The notes under the pieces are model-generated. The model ran no database searches. It was given only the letters and a program-made list of their open reading frames with translations, and was not told the origin of the DNA. This document shows, in pieces, positions 13,139 to 27,100 of a stretch of 64,000 nt of DNA. The stretch's first letter is position 1; each line of letters starts with the position of its first letter. This DNA comes from Blepharisma stoltei ATCC 30299 (lineage: Eukaryota > Protista > Ciliophora): the NCBI GenBank assembly GCA_965603825.1, contig CBFDEM010000021.1:868001-932000 (forward strand). Reading direction: 5' to 3'. Position numbers and translations under genes: made by a program.

Positions 13139-13719
13139 GTAATGGCACGTCTACGGAAAAGTCATTAGAGTCTCGATTGGAATTAGCATCAATAAAAGTA
13201 AAGACAAGAGTCCCGCTAGTGTCTGAGCCTATTCAATATAAGCTTTTCTGGTTAGTCAAGTCTCCAATAGTATTGGGTATATCCCTAAAGTCGATTCAAA
13301 CTTCGCCCAAATTCCCAACCCAAATTCACTTGAACTTGCACTGACACATGTTGCAAAGCTTCCAGCTAGAGTTCAATCGGTGTATTGGTTCAAATACATG
13401 AACCCGCAGCTGACGGCACTGGTTAAAATGCTACAATATGAGGCCGAATCTATAGCGATGACATCTGAACCGCCTTGGCTATGGAATGAGCAGCTTGACG
13501 AGTCATAATATGGCTTAGTGAAAATCCAATCAAGGCATGCAGTAAATGCCAAGACTCTGACTGGCGAGATAAGCAAGACTGCAGAGATAAACCATAATTT
13601 TGGGTGATCCATATTTACTAAGCCTAAAAATTTTTTTGCTAAATCTTTAAAAATATGGATTCATTAAATCTATCTCTTCATCTATGAAGACAGCGAGATG
13701 CTTAGCGTTTTTTAAAATT

Positions 13720-14460
13720 AATACTTAGATATCGGCTTTCGTTAATAATAACTAAAGCTTTTATATCATCATTGGTAAAGCTAAAAATAGCCAAAAAGTG
13801 AATTCTCGTGATTATTCCTTACTAGGCTAGAATGGAATATTTGAGCTTATTGCTGTTTTAAAAACAATCTGATTATAATTACATAAGAGCAAAGCAGCCT
13901 TGAAAAGTCTTCCTTTTGATTTAATATTTTTCAATCGCTAGCACTGATAAAAATGTCTACCCGCAAGCACATAAAATTATCTTCCCCATTTGCAATTAAA
14001 AATTTTTTAGATGATAATTTAATCTTCTAATGATATGAGTCTTTACTTGGATATTTTAACCAAATTATTTCTTAAGAATAAGAATTAATTTTTCCGATAA
14101 CTAATCTAAAAAAATATTGTGATTAAATTCATTATGATCTTCCACTCTAAAGACCATCACAATTATTTCTTAAGATATTTAAAAATTATTAGAATAACTA
14201 AAATTTTGCTTAGATATCGGCTTCTTTAAATAGCTAAGAACTTTTGCATCTTCATTGGTGAAGTTAAAAGCAATCGAAAAATGAACTCCGTAATTATTCT
14301 TAAAGGCTAGGGACGGGATATTTGAGTTTTTCAAATTCAATTAATTTCAATAGCCAGCATAGATAAAAAATGGTAACCGCGAGCACAGAAAAAAATTTTC
14401 CCTTGGCGCTTTAAATTTTAAGATGATAATTTAATGCTTCTTGATACTGCTTAGTTATTA
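13720..14460. repeat. Imperfect tandem direct duplication (~300/250 bp) upstream of C4
   Basis: cttagatatcggct...atatttgag occurs at ~13724 and ~14210; ccgc.agcaca...agatgataatttaat occurs at ~13960 and ~14377. Confidence 0.7.
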
Positions 14461-15054
14461 AATGTTTAACCTTCTTATTCGAGTGTAAAATGATTCGTGT
14501 TTAAGGTCATGACTCCTTAATCACTTAAAAATTGTTACATCAGATTATTTCTTAAGTATAATATCTAAAATACTTATTACGTGCAAGAATACCAAAAAAT
14601 TTTACTTAGCAAAAATTATTTACAGTTTATAGTTTCCTTATTCTTGATATTAAGATTTATAAGCTGATAAAATTGAGCAATTTCGACGCTAAAATCTGCC
14701 GTCTAGATTATTGAGTCGCAATAAAGGATAGAAAATTTTCTGGTAAAGAAGCTTAAAAATCGAGTAAAATAATTAAAAAATAATGTTTATGCGACCATTA
14801 TCCAGATTTTAGCTATTCCTAGCCACTTCGAATTATACATATAGCAACTTTATTTGAATTTTTTAATTTTAAATCAAAAAGTTAACCTTCAAATTAGCAA
14901 AAGATAATTTTTAGTAATATAAAAGGTTCATTTTAGAATCATTAGCTTTATTTCTTGCATTTAGAATAAAGATTAATCCAAACATGCTGCTTTTAAGCTA
15001 TAATGAAATGCTTTGCTTTTGGTGATTTTTATATAAGAGGGAGGTTTTTATTTT

Positions 15055-15320
15055 CCTGCAAGATTTAGATAGGTTCAAAGTTATTAAATTAATTGGGAAC
15101 TTGCTTTAGTTCTCATAAAAAAAACAGTGGAAAAGTATTAAGAATCCAGGACATTCCTATAGTGAAAGCTATCTTTATTATAGCAGAAATTAAATCAAAT
15201 ATTGCAAATTAAAAGAAAGAAAGAAAGTGCTGACTAGGTGCAAGGCCAGAAGATATGAATAAGCTAATGAAACATTTATAAACCTTATGGGAGATGAAAA
15301 ATACATAGAAATCCTTAAAG
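15055..15320 (+). mobile_element. Possible degenerate non-LTR retrotransposon fragment (APE-RT linker)
   Basis: Purine-rich; short colinear similarities to the LINE at ~25845 (RLDRLQ), ~25980 (AERVLGVKD) and ~26115 (ELMRKH). Confidence 0.35.
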
Positions 15321-15449
15321 ATTTAATTATATAATTATTTATTAAAAAAATAATTCATATGCAAAAATGTTTCTTGAAATTTTTTCGCTCGCCTAGTTAA
15401 TTTCTGAAAAATAAACTTTGCATATTCGCAGGGGGAGGAGGGATTAAAT

Positions 15450-17951
15450 AGAGAGCAATTAAAAAACTACCGAACTATAGCATAAAAATGCAGCTTAAAA
15501 AGTGATCTACTCATTTTAAATTTTTAACAATTGAGTCACAGTCAAGCATAGAAGGACTCGTAAATAAAGTAGTTGTAAGACAAGGTGCTACAGTTTTTTA
15601 TATTTACTAGTTTTTTAGAGTCTCTTACACTGCAAAAAAATTTGAAAAATGCAAAACTTTTGACTGAAGGAAATGGAATTATTTTGAATCAAGAAAGCGG
15701 ATACCAATATAGTATTGATGGCTTTTTAATTTTTACTGAGTTTGGGCAAGAATTCGCAGCTTCTCTTGAGGAATATCTGAAAAAATCAATATTAAATGTA
15801 GTTTCTTATATTTTGAGGAATATCAAAATCTTGATATCTAAATCCAGCCATTAAAGTCCAAGGCTTAGAAATCGTAAATCCTAAAAGCACACAGTGAATT
15901 CCTGCAAATCGGCCTTAAAAAATATTCATATATTGCACAAGGTATTATCAGCTCACAAGCCAGATTATTGATACTAAATATGGGATATCCCATATCAATT
16001 ATTTTTTTGAATTACTTTATGATTTAGGCATGAGAAATGGCGATTTTATTACAGTCTCAACATATATAGACACTTTAACAGTAATTGGGATAAAAGATGA
16101 GTATACATATAAAAGGCTTGAAGTTGGGATTCCTATTTGAAGATTATCTTTAAGTACTTGGGTTAGCGAAATTGGGCAAGCAGTCAAGGCAGAAATCATG
16201 ACTATTCATAAACTAGTGCTCCAGATGTATTCTCGCTGGCAATCAGCCAAACTTGTCAGAAACAATGCAAATGCTTGAATCCTGGGAGACAGACTTTAGT
16301 TATTAAAGGAGTACCTTTAAGGATAGCAGGTCCTTCAGGTATCTAGGCATTATAAAGTAATTCGAATTCAAAAGCCAGAGCAAGCTGGATAGCTCAATTC
16401 GGTATGCTTGCCCCCTTTAAAGATGTACTTATCGAACGAAAAGCAACTATTCTGCAAGCCTGCGTCTTTACCATCAGCGTTTAGGCAAAAGAATGGGGCT
16501 CAGACAAATGGCAAGGCCCAACTGGGATCACATGGATAGAATTTTGAGGAAAATGGCAAGTGTTTCCTAGAAGCCCTAAACAGTACAGCTAATGAGACAG
16601 CCTTAATGGAGCTGGAATGGATCTTCCTATAGGAAGAATTGCATCAGATCCCTTAACCTAGCCAAAGAAGTAGCAATTAAGAGCCCTCATGCAACTTAAC
16701 GTAAAGTAAGGCCTGAACTGGCAAGATAGATGTGCAGAGCAGCTTAAGGGCTCTTCTATCGAAGATTGCCTAACTGGCAAAGGAGCAGCCACTACAAGTT
16801 ATGGGGTATCGGAATATCAGGACAGTTGAGTATACTCTTAATAATCCCATTTTTAATTATAAGGTGCACAGGATTAATCACAATAGATTCAGATAGCAAT
16901 GATCGAACATTTGAATCCTGAAATTTAGAAGCCAATATACTTGATAGTTCCGGAAGCATTACTGCAATTGTTATAGGGCACTTTAAGCCTTTTTCTTCTC
17001 CTGAACTTACTTTATTAAGCTCTTTTACTTATCCTGACGGGACTAAAATCAAGCCTAGTGACTTAAGAAATGAAGACAGTAAATGCCCATTTCCATATAA
17101 ATTAGTCAAAACTTGTGCAAAGGGGAGGGCACTGCTATTTGGGATTTGCTTTTTTATTGCAGTGGTTACCTCTGCTATTACAATTTTTATATGAAAAAAA
17201 TGGTGGATTATTACAAATGAAGATCTTAAGCAGAAAGAAGAAATATCTGTGCAAGATTCAAAGATTCAATTGTAGGGATATCAATAATAATTGAATTTTC
17301 CAGTATTCCTCTATGGGACCTGATTTTTCATCTCTAAGCCCTTTTATTGCAAAAATTTCTGTGTGTAATTTATTTTAAATTTTATTCCTGATTTTCATTA
17401 TCAACCTCTTTGAATCTTAGCTTTATAAATAAATTTTTTATGCCAGATTTATTCTATGTTTTAAGTAATAATATATGTTAATAGTATCTTTTACTATATA
17501 AAATTAGGATATAGGCAGCCACTCAGAAGGATTTTGCTTTATATCAATGAGCCTATTTAAATTCATGATTTTTAAAAATTAAATAATCAAATAAACTTTC
17601 AAGAGGTATGTGTTAGCAATTTATATAATTTTTACATTTGCAATCAAGCCTTACAATTATCCAAGATTTAGTTGGTGGCAAGGATTAATTTTAATCTCAG
17701 TTGCATGGTTGGCATTTATTTCCACTATCGCTATCTGAATACAGAAATGCTCAAATCCATTATTTGCAATTCTAATTTTTGGAAATTTTCTTATTATAAT
17801 TATAGGGTTATATATTCAAAATAAAAAATACCTGAGCTTATTGTTCAGGAAAAAAGCAAAAGATGCTAGTACTTTGTTTAAATTTGCATTCACTTTTGGA
17901 AAAAGTACAATTATTTCAAAAGAAAAAGTTATTCCATTTTCAAAAGATTAA
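15450..17951 (+). pseudogene. Double-VFT receptor pseudogene (R1-like) with large internal deletions and a LINE insertion
   Basis: Colinear patches matching R1 from FLT.ESQS to FAFTFGKS; frameshifts; ~0.6-kb deletion near 15815. Confidence 0.8.
16215..16835 (+). mobile_element. Degenerate fragment of a second, related non-LTR retrotransposon (post-RT region)
   Basis: GC-richer insert. FRYLG, RKATILQAC and LEALNSTANETALMELEWI match FKYLG, KKAIIARAC and LVAPRGTARETAGLDLGWI of the full element, in the same order. Confidence 0.75.
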
Positions 17952-18906
17952 TATAAACGTAATACTTAATTTTTATATTTTTATTAGAAAATAAATATTT
18001 TAAATAAAAATCGTATTTTAGCCTTAAATTTTAATTAGTGCAGGTCTTTCCAAATAAATATTGTTTATATTATAAATTATCTTGAAGATTTATTCTAAAT
18101 AAAATTAGTTTAGATCAAGGTATAAAACTTAAGAATGGCTTTGTTTAATATTATAAATTCAAATGCATATTTAAATTTGGTTAAAGCAGAGCGAAATAAT
18201 AAAAGCCTGTTTTGGGTATTCTAAATCTACTTTTTAAATGAATTTTATGAATTGAGATCTAGTATAAGCCTAGTAATTTTTTAAAAAAACCCTGAGCTTT
18301 GATTTTAGAGCGACTTGAAGGAAAAAGGGAATTTTGCTTTAAAAGAAAAGTAAAATCATAAAGAATAAAGTCTGATGAGAAAAGAAATTTAAAATATTGG
18401 AAAATTATTTTTATTTTCTTCCTATTTAAGTATCGGTAATATTATAAGAAGATTATTTTTGATTCTAAATAAAAATTTAGGGAAGAATAAAAAATTTAAA
18501 ATCAAAATATTAATCCTAATTAATTAAGAACCTTTATGTTTTAAATTCAAATTCTTAATTTTCTGATTTTTGTAATTTAAATAATCCATCTTAATAAATT
18601 TCAGAAAATTACTGTTAGTTATTAAATTTAATTGTTTTCTTAACCTTTTTGTAATTTTATCACATCTGATTATAAATTAAGCGCTTAATTTATTAATTTC
18701 ATATAGAATAAAATTAAATTTTAACTATTCTTACTGTATAATGCTTATTTTAATCATAGAAATAGCTGGAAGATTCTTTGGAAATCAGGTAATACTTAGC
18801 AAATTAGGTTAATATTAAATATTTAGCTTTATAATCTTAAATTGTCTTATTAATTTATTTTTTGTTAAATGTTTTTTTTTGCATATATATTAAAGTTGCA
18901 TTAACA

Positions 18907-21900
18907 ATGGCATATTTATGAAGACTTCGTCAGAATTTTCAACCCATCATCTTACTATTTACTTTCTTTCAGCTGTCTGTTTCTTTAGAAATTATTCTTG
19001 CTTATGAAGACAATTATAATTTAAATTCCAGAGACTTAAATGTAACATCTCTTCTTGAGGTCACCCAATCACTAACTTCTCAAGTAGACTGGCACAATTG
19101 CAGAATCTCAAATTTGGCTAACTGCGTTGACTATTTCCCGAATTCATTAATTATCTTAGATTTATCTGAAAATTTGGATACCAGAAATGCAGTTTCCCAT
19201 TTATGTAAAAGTCATATGATAATCCATTTTGTTTTACAAAGTGATTTTCGATTTCAAGACGACTTGACTTTTTCACTTGCATCTTCAAAAAATAAGCAAA
19301 TAAATGCATTTTTGTCAGTTTTAGACTATTTAAATTGAACACAGGGAGTGGCAATTAAAAGTATTGAAAATCATAGTCTCAAAGAAGAATTAAAAGAATA
19401 TTCTTCAAACATAGATTTTTTAACTGTTGAGTCACAATCAAACATAGAAGAATTAGTAAATAGAGTTGTTGTAAGACAAGGTGCTACTGTTTATTATATA
19501 TTTACTAGCTCATTAGAGTCTTTAGAGCTGCTAAAATGATTTCAGAATGCAAAACTTTTAACTGCTGGTAATGGAATTATTTTGGATCAAGAAAGTGGGT
19601 ATCAATGTAATATTAATGGAACTTTAATTGTTACTGAGTTTGGCCAAGAATTCGCAGCTTCTCCTGAGGAGTACTTGAAAAAATCTATTATAAATGTGAT
19701 TTCTTATATTTTAAGCCAAATATCTAACGAAACTGCTCAAGATATATTATCAGTTTTACAAAAATACCAAATTGAATATAAATTTTCTTTAGTCAATATC
19801 CAGAATGGAGCACGCGTCATTGTCGGATCAATTGTAAATAATATTATCTCAATATCAAATAATATGACTTTTCCTGGCAACTCAAATTCAATTCCAAAAT
19901 CAACCAAAAAAATTTTAAATTTAAGCATTAATGCTGGGTCTACAAATCCGAATGCAGCTTCATCTACTAGCGGAGAAATCGGTTCTTGGGGCGCATACTT
20001 CGCAATGGACGAAATAAATGAAGGAAACACCTTTTTGCAGAATTTTCAGCTTCAATTTTTTAGTTTTGACTGTGGCGTTACAGTTTACGATTCACAATAT
20101 GCTTATAATTGTTATAGCAAAAACATAAATAAATTAGGGCTAGGACAAATTTCACCATTTAGCTCAAGCAATGCAATAGGAGCTCTCCAGACTTTTAAAA
20201 AACTAAATGTGACGTTACCAGTAGTGGGCTGCTCAGTCACTGAGCCATCACTGAATTCTACAACAAGTTATCCTATGTTCACAAGGGTTTGGTTTACAGC
20301 GTCTTATGGATCCTCTTATCTTTCTGTCTTACTTAAAGCTATGGGATGGGAAAAAGTCTCAGTTTTGTATCAAAATAATTCATGAGGATTCTCTAAATTT
20401 TGGTATTTAAATCCAGCAATTGAAAGCCAAGGTTTAGAAATAGTAAACCCGGAAAATACTTGGTGAATCCCTGCAGGGCTTAATAGAGAAAGCCTAAAAA
20501 ACTACACAGATATTGCACAAGGCATTATTAATTCTCAAGCGAGATTACTAGTACTAAGTATAGAATATCCTATGTGTAATTATTTTTTTGAATTGCTTTA
20601 TGATTTAGGCTTGAGAAAAGGCGATTTAATTACAATTGCAACTTATCTTGACACTCTCACAGTTATTGGGAATATCGATAATTATAGGTATAAAAGACTT
20701 GAAGTTGGAATCCCGACGATGAGATTATCTTTGAGTACCTGGGTTGGTACAGTTGGCCAAGCAGCTAAAGCAGCTAAAGCAGAAGTCACAGCTATTCATA
20801 AGCAATCTCCTACTGTCTATACCTGCTCTTTTTATGACGGGACTTATCTTTTAGCTCATGCTTTAGATTATATGATAAACAGAGGCATAGATTATAAAGA
20901 TCCTAATAAACTAGAATCAATTATCAGAATCCAGCAATTTATAGGGTGCACAGGAAGAATAGCCACAGACTCAGACAGTAATGACAGAATTGTGGATTCC
21001 TGAGATATAGAAACTAATGAGATTGATAGTGAAGGAAATGTTACTACACAAGTCATTGGAACTTTTAAGCCATTTTCTTCACATGTTTTTACGATATCTA
21101 ATTCTTTTTTTTATCCTGATGGGACTACTATTAAGCCTAGTGATTTAAGAAATGAAAACAGTAAATGTCCGTTCCCAGAAAAATTAGTTAAAACTTTTGC
21201 AAAGGGGAGGGCACTGCTATTTGGGATTTGTTTTTTTGTTGCAGTAGTTACTTTTGCTATCACACTATTTATATGGAAAAAATGATGGAACATTACAAAT
21301 GAGGACCTTAAGCAAAAAGAAGAAATTTCATTGCAAGATACAGTAGTAGCAATTTCTATAGTAATTGAATTTTTCCAATATTCTTCTATGGGGCCGAATT
21401 TTTCGATTTTAAGTCCTTTTATCGCAAATTTTTCTGGGGCGTTTTCATTGAATTTAGGAGATATTATAAAATTAGAAAATGGAGTGTTTTGGATATTAGT
21501 CGACATTGTTTTTGGAGGCATATTATTATGGGCAATTCTTTGTGCTGTAATTTTATTGAGACTTGATGAGAAATGGAATTTTTTATCAGTCATAAAATTT
21601 TTATCGTGGCTTGCAGATTATCTTATGCCTATTTTAGGAAATTTGTGCTTTATTCCTTTTATTTCTATTTGTTTAGATATTTTCTTATGTGATCAATCCA
21701 TCGGAGATAATTTTACAGACAGCTTTCTTGCTCGAGATTGCTATTATTTTTGCTGAAAAGATGAGCATTTAACTCATGCAATATTATCATTTTTAGCATT
21801 ATTTTTATATGTGCCCTTCGCTATTTTCTGTAGACCTCTTTGGCAAGAACTCCAAGGAATGCTTCATGTAAAAACAAGTCCTACATATTTGATGGTAAAA

Positions 21901-22317
21901 ACCATTTTTCAAATAACCCTAATCGTTATGAATAAAACTATAAAAAGGTCTCAAGACATAACTCATGGGTGCTTATTTGTAACAGTTTTAATTGGTTATA
22001 TTATTTTTACATTTAAATTCAAGCCTTACAACTACGCAAGATTCAGTTGGTGGCAAGGGTTAGTTTTAATAGGGGTTGCATGGCTAGCGTTTATTTCTAC
22101 AATTGCGATAGGAATACAAAATTATTTTACTTCACTACTTGCAATACTTTTTCTTGGGTGGGTTATTATTATAATAGTAGGATTATACAAACAAAAGAAA
22201 AAATACCCAAGCTTGTTATTCAGAAAAAGCGCAAAAGACACGTCTACATTGTTTAAGTTTGCTTTTACATTTGGAAAAAGTACAGGTATTTCAAAAGATA
22301 AAGTTGCTCCATATTAA
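18907..22317 (+). CDS. Receptor R1: signal peptide + two tandem Venus-flytrap (ANF-receptor/PBP type I) domains + ~9-TM domain, 1136 aa
   Basis: Single uninterrupted frame when TGA=Trp, with all ORF pieces in phase. Motifs A.DEIN...L, SLN....YP.F.RV, LLK.MGW.KV..LY, YDG.Y.LAHAL, F.GCTG. Ends TAA. Confidence 0.9.
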
Positions 22318-23058
22318 TATAAGATTGAATTCTGCTATTTAAGTTTTGCATATAAATTATTTTAAATTTATTTATAATTTAACTGAATTAATGATAAAAT
22401 GAAACTTTTTCTTTTTAAATTTATCTCAAATACTAAAATTGATTGAAATAAAATCTTATTGCTTTGGCTAAATATATTTACTCACAAATATCATCTTATT
22501 CCTCCTTAAGATTGTGAAAATGACTTTACCAGCAAAAAAGCTTTAATTAATATATTTATTTTTTAATCAATTTATTCGAGCTTGCCTTTACTTTTGGAAC
22601 TCTGCATAACAAAGACTAGAGTATTATTAGTTAGAAGATTTGAAAAATTATAGCGAAATATTTTAATTGAAAATATTTCCTAGAAATATATTTAAAATTT
22701 AAGAGATGATATTAGTTAGCCTTGTTTGACAGATAATTTAATATTAGCTGAGAGCTGATTTTTGTGCAAGTTCTTACTATAATTGCACAGCTTTTTGCCT
22801 AAAAGCTCAAAAATTAAGTATCCAAGCTGATGTATCTACTGCATATTTCAAGCTTTCTTAAAACTATATCCATTCCATTTAAAACCATTAGACAAAGAAC
22901 GGCGTTTTTATACTCCATTATAGAGTTCAGCCAGATCTCGTTTGTCATTAAAGATTATTTTTTATTGCAGCAGTGATATAAAAAATTATAAAATACGCTT
23001 TGATAAATGAATCTATTTAATTATTAAATAATGCTGCTTTTCATATGTAAGATGTATA

Positions 23059-23913
23059 TTTAGAATCCTGGTTTTACTTGTTAATGTATTGGTATAATGG
23101 GCTAATTCATATTGTAATGTTTGGGCAGAATTCACTTATAAAGACTCATAATGGTGGCTATTCAAAGCCAACTGGTACTGTGGCTCTTGGCTTTGGCTAT
23201 GGTGTTAGAGCTTACTTGTATGAAATTTCTTGGTTCAGCAGATTTACTTTATCGAGCAATAGTAACCAAATTACTCTATTTGATTCGTCTGGTAACCTCA
23301 AATATCTAGATGGGACTTGCACAGTAACTTGCCCAGATTCCTGGTGTCATCCTACTCAAAAATGCTTAGGCTTGGCAACTTCCTGCTCTTCTTGCGATTC
23401 AACTGGATGTAAAGCTTGCTGAACAAACAAGGATCCTACAACTTTTTGCAATACTGACTGCCCTCCAATCTGTGCTAGATGTTTATCTTCTACAGTATGC
23501 TCTCGATGCAATTCAGGGTATTTCCTCTATGATAAATCTGGGGCGACATCATGCGTTGGTAATTTTTATTTAGCTTGTATTGACTCCTGCGATTCTTGCA
23601 CAACAACTCCTGATTGTTTTTACTGTGCTAACTCAATTGCTCAAGATGGGTTGACTTGTAGAGTTGATTCTATTGGGTACCAACTCAGCTTCTCTATCCA
23701 AATATTGAACTTGATTTTGCTCATCCGCTTGTTTCGACTCTGACTAAAGGCACCATTGAAGTGACTCTAGGTGATGCAACAGTGATTGATACCTCAAGCT
23801 GGACTCTAAACTCTTGCGTTGCAGGCGCAGTAAGCTGCACAATTACAACTACTAACTTGAGTGCTAGTCAGCTCCCTGCTGAGATTAAGGTATCGTTTAA
23901 CCAAGCTAACTAA
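23059..23913 (+). pseudogene. Cys-rich family copy C5, 3' part only (starts inside intron 1)
   Basis: Begins TATTTAG then the SW exon; intron 23559-23573; frameshift near 23697. Confidence 0.8.
23559..23573 (+). other. 15-nt spliceosomal intron
   Basis: GTAATTTTTATTTAG at the conserved family position. Confidence 0.8.
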
Positions 23914-24078
23914 TCTCATTTCTTAATATTTTATAAATTATAAATAAAAATATTTCATAAAACCACTTTAGATTTATTATCAAAATGCATTTTATAATAA
24001 TGTTTTAATTCACGCTGTAATAAAACAAGGTCTTTAATGACAAAGCAGCTCTGGCTGAGCTAATTACATTATTTAAAG

Positions 24079-24096
24079 TGATTAAGGTGTCTAAAC
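24079..24096 (+). repeat. Left target-site duplication of the LINE (18 bp)
   Basis: TGATTAAGGTGTCTAAAC, identical to 29309-29326. Confidence 0.95.
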
Positions 24097-24109
24097 TTTT
24101 TTCATTTTT

Positions 24110-27100
24110 ATGAGTCAGCAGAAAAAGAAGATTGTGACACTCAAGGCTGCCCAAGAAGAAATTCAACATTTGGGACTTAGCGGGAGTGGAACATTTTTCG
24201 GATTCCTGGCTCCAAACGAAATTTTGCCTGAAATAGAAGAATCACAATACCTCGAGAACTCAATAAAGGTCTATTTTTCCAAATACAAAAACAGGGAAGA
24301 CAAAGGTGAAAAAAGGAGCTCTATGTTGCACTCATACTGGCACTGGAAGTTGCGGCAAAACCTGGAGATATCCTGAAGTGCAGACAGCTGCCGTCCGGAG
24401 ATGCAATAGTCATCTTCACCAAGAGCGAGGCTAGAAAGCAACTGCTGCAGGAAGGAAGAATGATGATCCAGCTTTGAAGTCAAAAAGTAAATGTACCAGT
24501 TGGACCAGTCGGTAGAAACGGTGACATTAACTTTCTCAGGTACCTCATGCAAGTGACATTACCAATAGAAATCGGAATTGGAGATGTCTTGGAAGCCTTG
24601 GAGAGCAGGTGCAGAGTAGTGGAGGTTGTGATAGACAACATAATGAGAGATGAGAATACATGATATGCAGTTCACTTCAACCCCAACTCGAGGTACAGGA
24701 TTTATGGAGAGTTTGCGAAACTGGAAGATGCGATAGACCTCCCAGAGGAAATCGTAATAAAAGGTAGGAGAATCTTTATCAATCATGCAGCGTCGCTGCT
24801 CTGTGGGATCTGTAAGCAGATAGGACATAACGATGAGGGCCACAAAAGGATGGAGATGCAAAGAGAAGAAAGAATACGAGTAGATGGTATAAGGAGGAAA
24901 AAGAAGGAGGAAGAAAGGAGGGTGCGAGTGAAGGCTATAGGGGAGAATTTAGGATTAAGAATGAAGTTAGAAGACGATAAACATAATAACTCTACATATG
25001 CTGGGCTGATTAAAGCTGAGGAAGCCAAAACAGAGGCAACAAAAGAGCAGATAGATGGGAGGACGAGTGGACTGGCAAAGAGAACTCCGCAAGAAGCAGG
25101 ACTAGTTGATCCACCAATGAAGCGAGCTAAAATCAGGAAGAATCGGACTATGGCGATCGCTCACCTGAATATACGGAGTAAAACAGAAGAAGGAACAGAT
25201 AGAGAAATTTCTGCAAGAGGTGGGGGTAGAATACTTGGAATAAGTGAGACACACTGCTCAGAAACAGATTTCCTACCAAAAATCAATGGATTCAACTGAA
25301 GCCACAACCCAGGAACAGAAAGAAGTGCGGGTGCTGGAATCTTATATAGGAAAGGACTAGCGATTGAAGAAACCAAAGAATTTACTCAAGGAAGGATAGC
25401 AGGGATAGTGATTGAGAGTCAGGTAATAATAGAAGCTTACTCACCTAAGGAAGGGGACGAAAAGGCTCTGGATGCTTTCTATGAGGGTTTAAACGAAGCT
25501 TGTGAATGGGGGAGAGCTAGGGGAAAATATCTACTACTATTTGGAGATTTCAATGCTCATATTAGAGGGTGATGATCAGACCAAACCAACGGAAACGGAC
25601 ATCTTTTTAAGCAACTATGTGACGAATGAGGGTTGGAGATACTGCCGATGAACAAACCGACTCATTTACACTCAAGTGGATCCACATTCTGCCTTGAATA
25701 CTGCGCGATTGACAGACACATATTAGGCAAAGTGATAAGCTATGAGGACATTCAAAATAACCCGATCAAATCGGATCATTTACCAGTACTCCTTAAAATA
25801 TGAGAAGGATGGTGAGAGACGAACAGACAAACAAAGAAAATGCTGAGACTCGATAGGCTCCAAAGCTCCACATACCTCAAGCTATATCAAGAAGACGTCA
25901 AGCGAGATTTGCAGGACCTGGACATGAATGGAGATGTTGGACAGATCTACAGGGAGATAAACAAGATCGTTCTTGGATCGGCGGAAAGAGTATTAGGGGT
26001 CAAAGATGGGCAAAGAAGTGTGCTGGGAAGAGATTCCTTGTTGCTGCTTCGTGAAGCACGGAGATTTAGGTGAAAAGCGTTAAAGGCGCTGAAGAAGGAT
26101 GCTGGAAAGTATGATGAGCTAATGAGAAAGCACAGGCTAAAAATGAAAGAATTTAAAAGAGAAAGGAGCAGGATAGAGGCCCTTACAAAAAGGGAGCAGG
26201 AAATCGAAAATGCAATCATTGGTGAAAAAGACATGTGAGTCCTTTACAACAGGATCAAAAGACTGAAAAGAACCGAAATAATAAAGCTTAGTGGCAAAGA
26301 GGAAGAAGAGATGGTAGCATGGTGACAGGCCCAATACTCGGATTTGGTGGTTGAGACTGATCTCCCTAACGCAGACCCGATATTGCCTACCTGGGAAGAG
26401 GTGAATTGAGCCATATCTACGCTGGGAAATAAGAAAGCAACAGGCCCTGATGGAGTACCGGCAGAGCTAATTAAAGAAGGCGAGGAAATCATGAAGGAAA
26501 TATATTGGAGACTGATCCGAAGGATTTGAAAAGAAAGATACTTACCGGTAGAAATGAAGGAAGCACTAGTGGTTCTGATCCCAAAAAAGAAAGGTACTAA
26601 AACACCGGAGGATTACAGGCCAATAACGCTACTTAACACGGTCTACAAAATATTAGACAAAATAATTGCGACGAGATTGGCGCAGGAAATAAATACGAAA
26701 ATGATTATGCACACATCGCAAGCAGGATTCATCACTAATAGGGCGACATCTGACCAGATACATAAATTGGGAACAATAATTGAGTACTGTCTACTGAAGA
26801 AGAGGAAAATAAGATGCGCATTTTTGGACATTAGCAAAGCATTTGGCTCAATAAGACACAACAATTTATACGAGACTATGAAGCAAAGAGGGATCTCCAC
26901 AGACAATATACGAATGCTGATAGCAATGTATAAAGAGGCAGAAAGCAGGATAATTATGGACGAACATCTAACCAGATCTATCAGTATAAAAAAGGGTGTG
27001 AGACAAGGTGGAAGTTCATCTCCAGTATGCTTTAATTTTATACCAAACGAGCTAGCATGGAAAATAGACGAAATGAACATAGGGGTTACAGTAGATGAAG

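Larger units (their letters stand above)
12369..13612 (-). pseudogene. Divergent Cys-rich family copy C4, single frameshift
   Basis: 13373-13612 reads through TGA=Trp. One frameshift near 13270-13280 precedes TIGDLTNQKSLYWIGSDTSGTL, which joins 12369-13148. Introns at 12701-12715 and 13124-13138. Could be functional if the indel is an assembly error. Confidence 0.7.
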
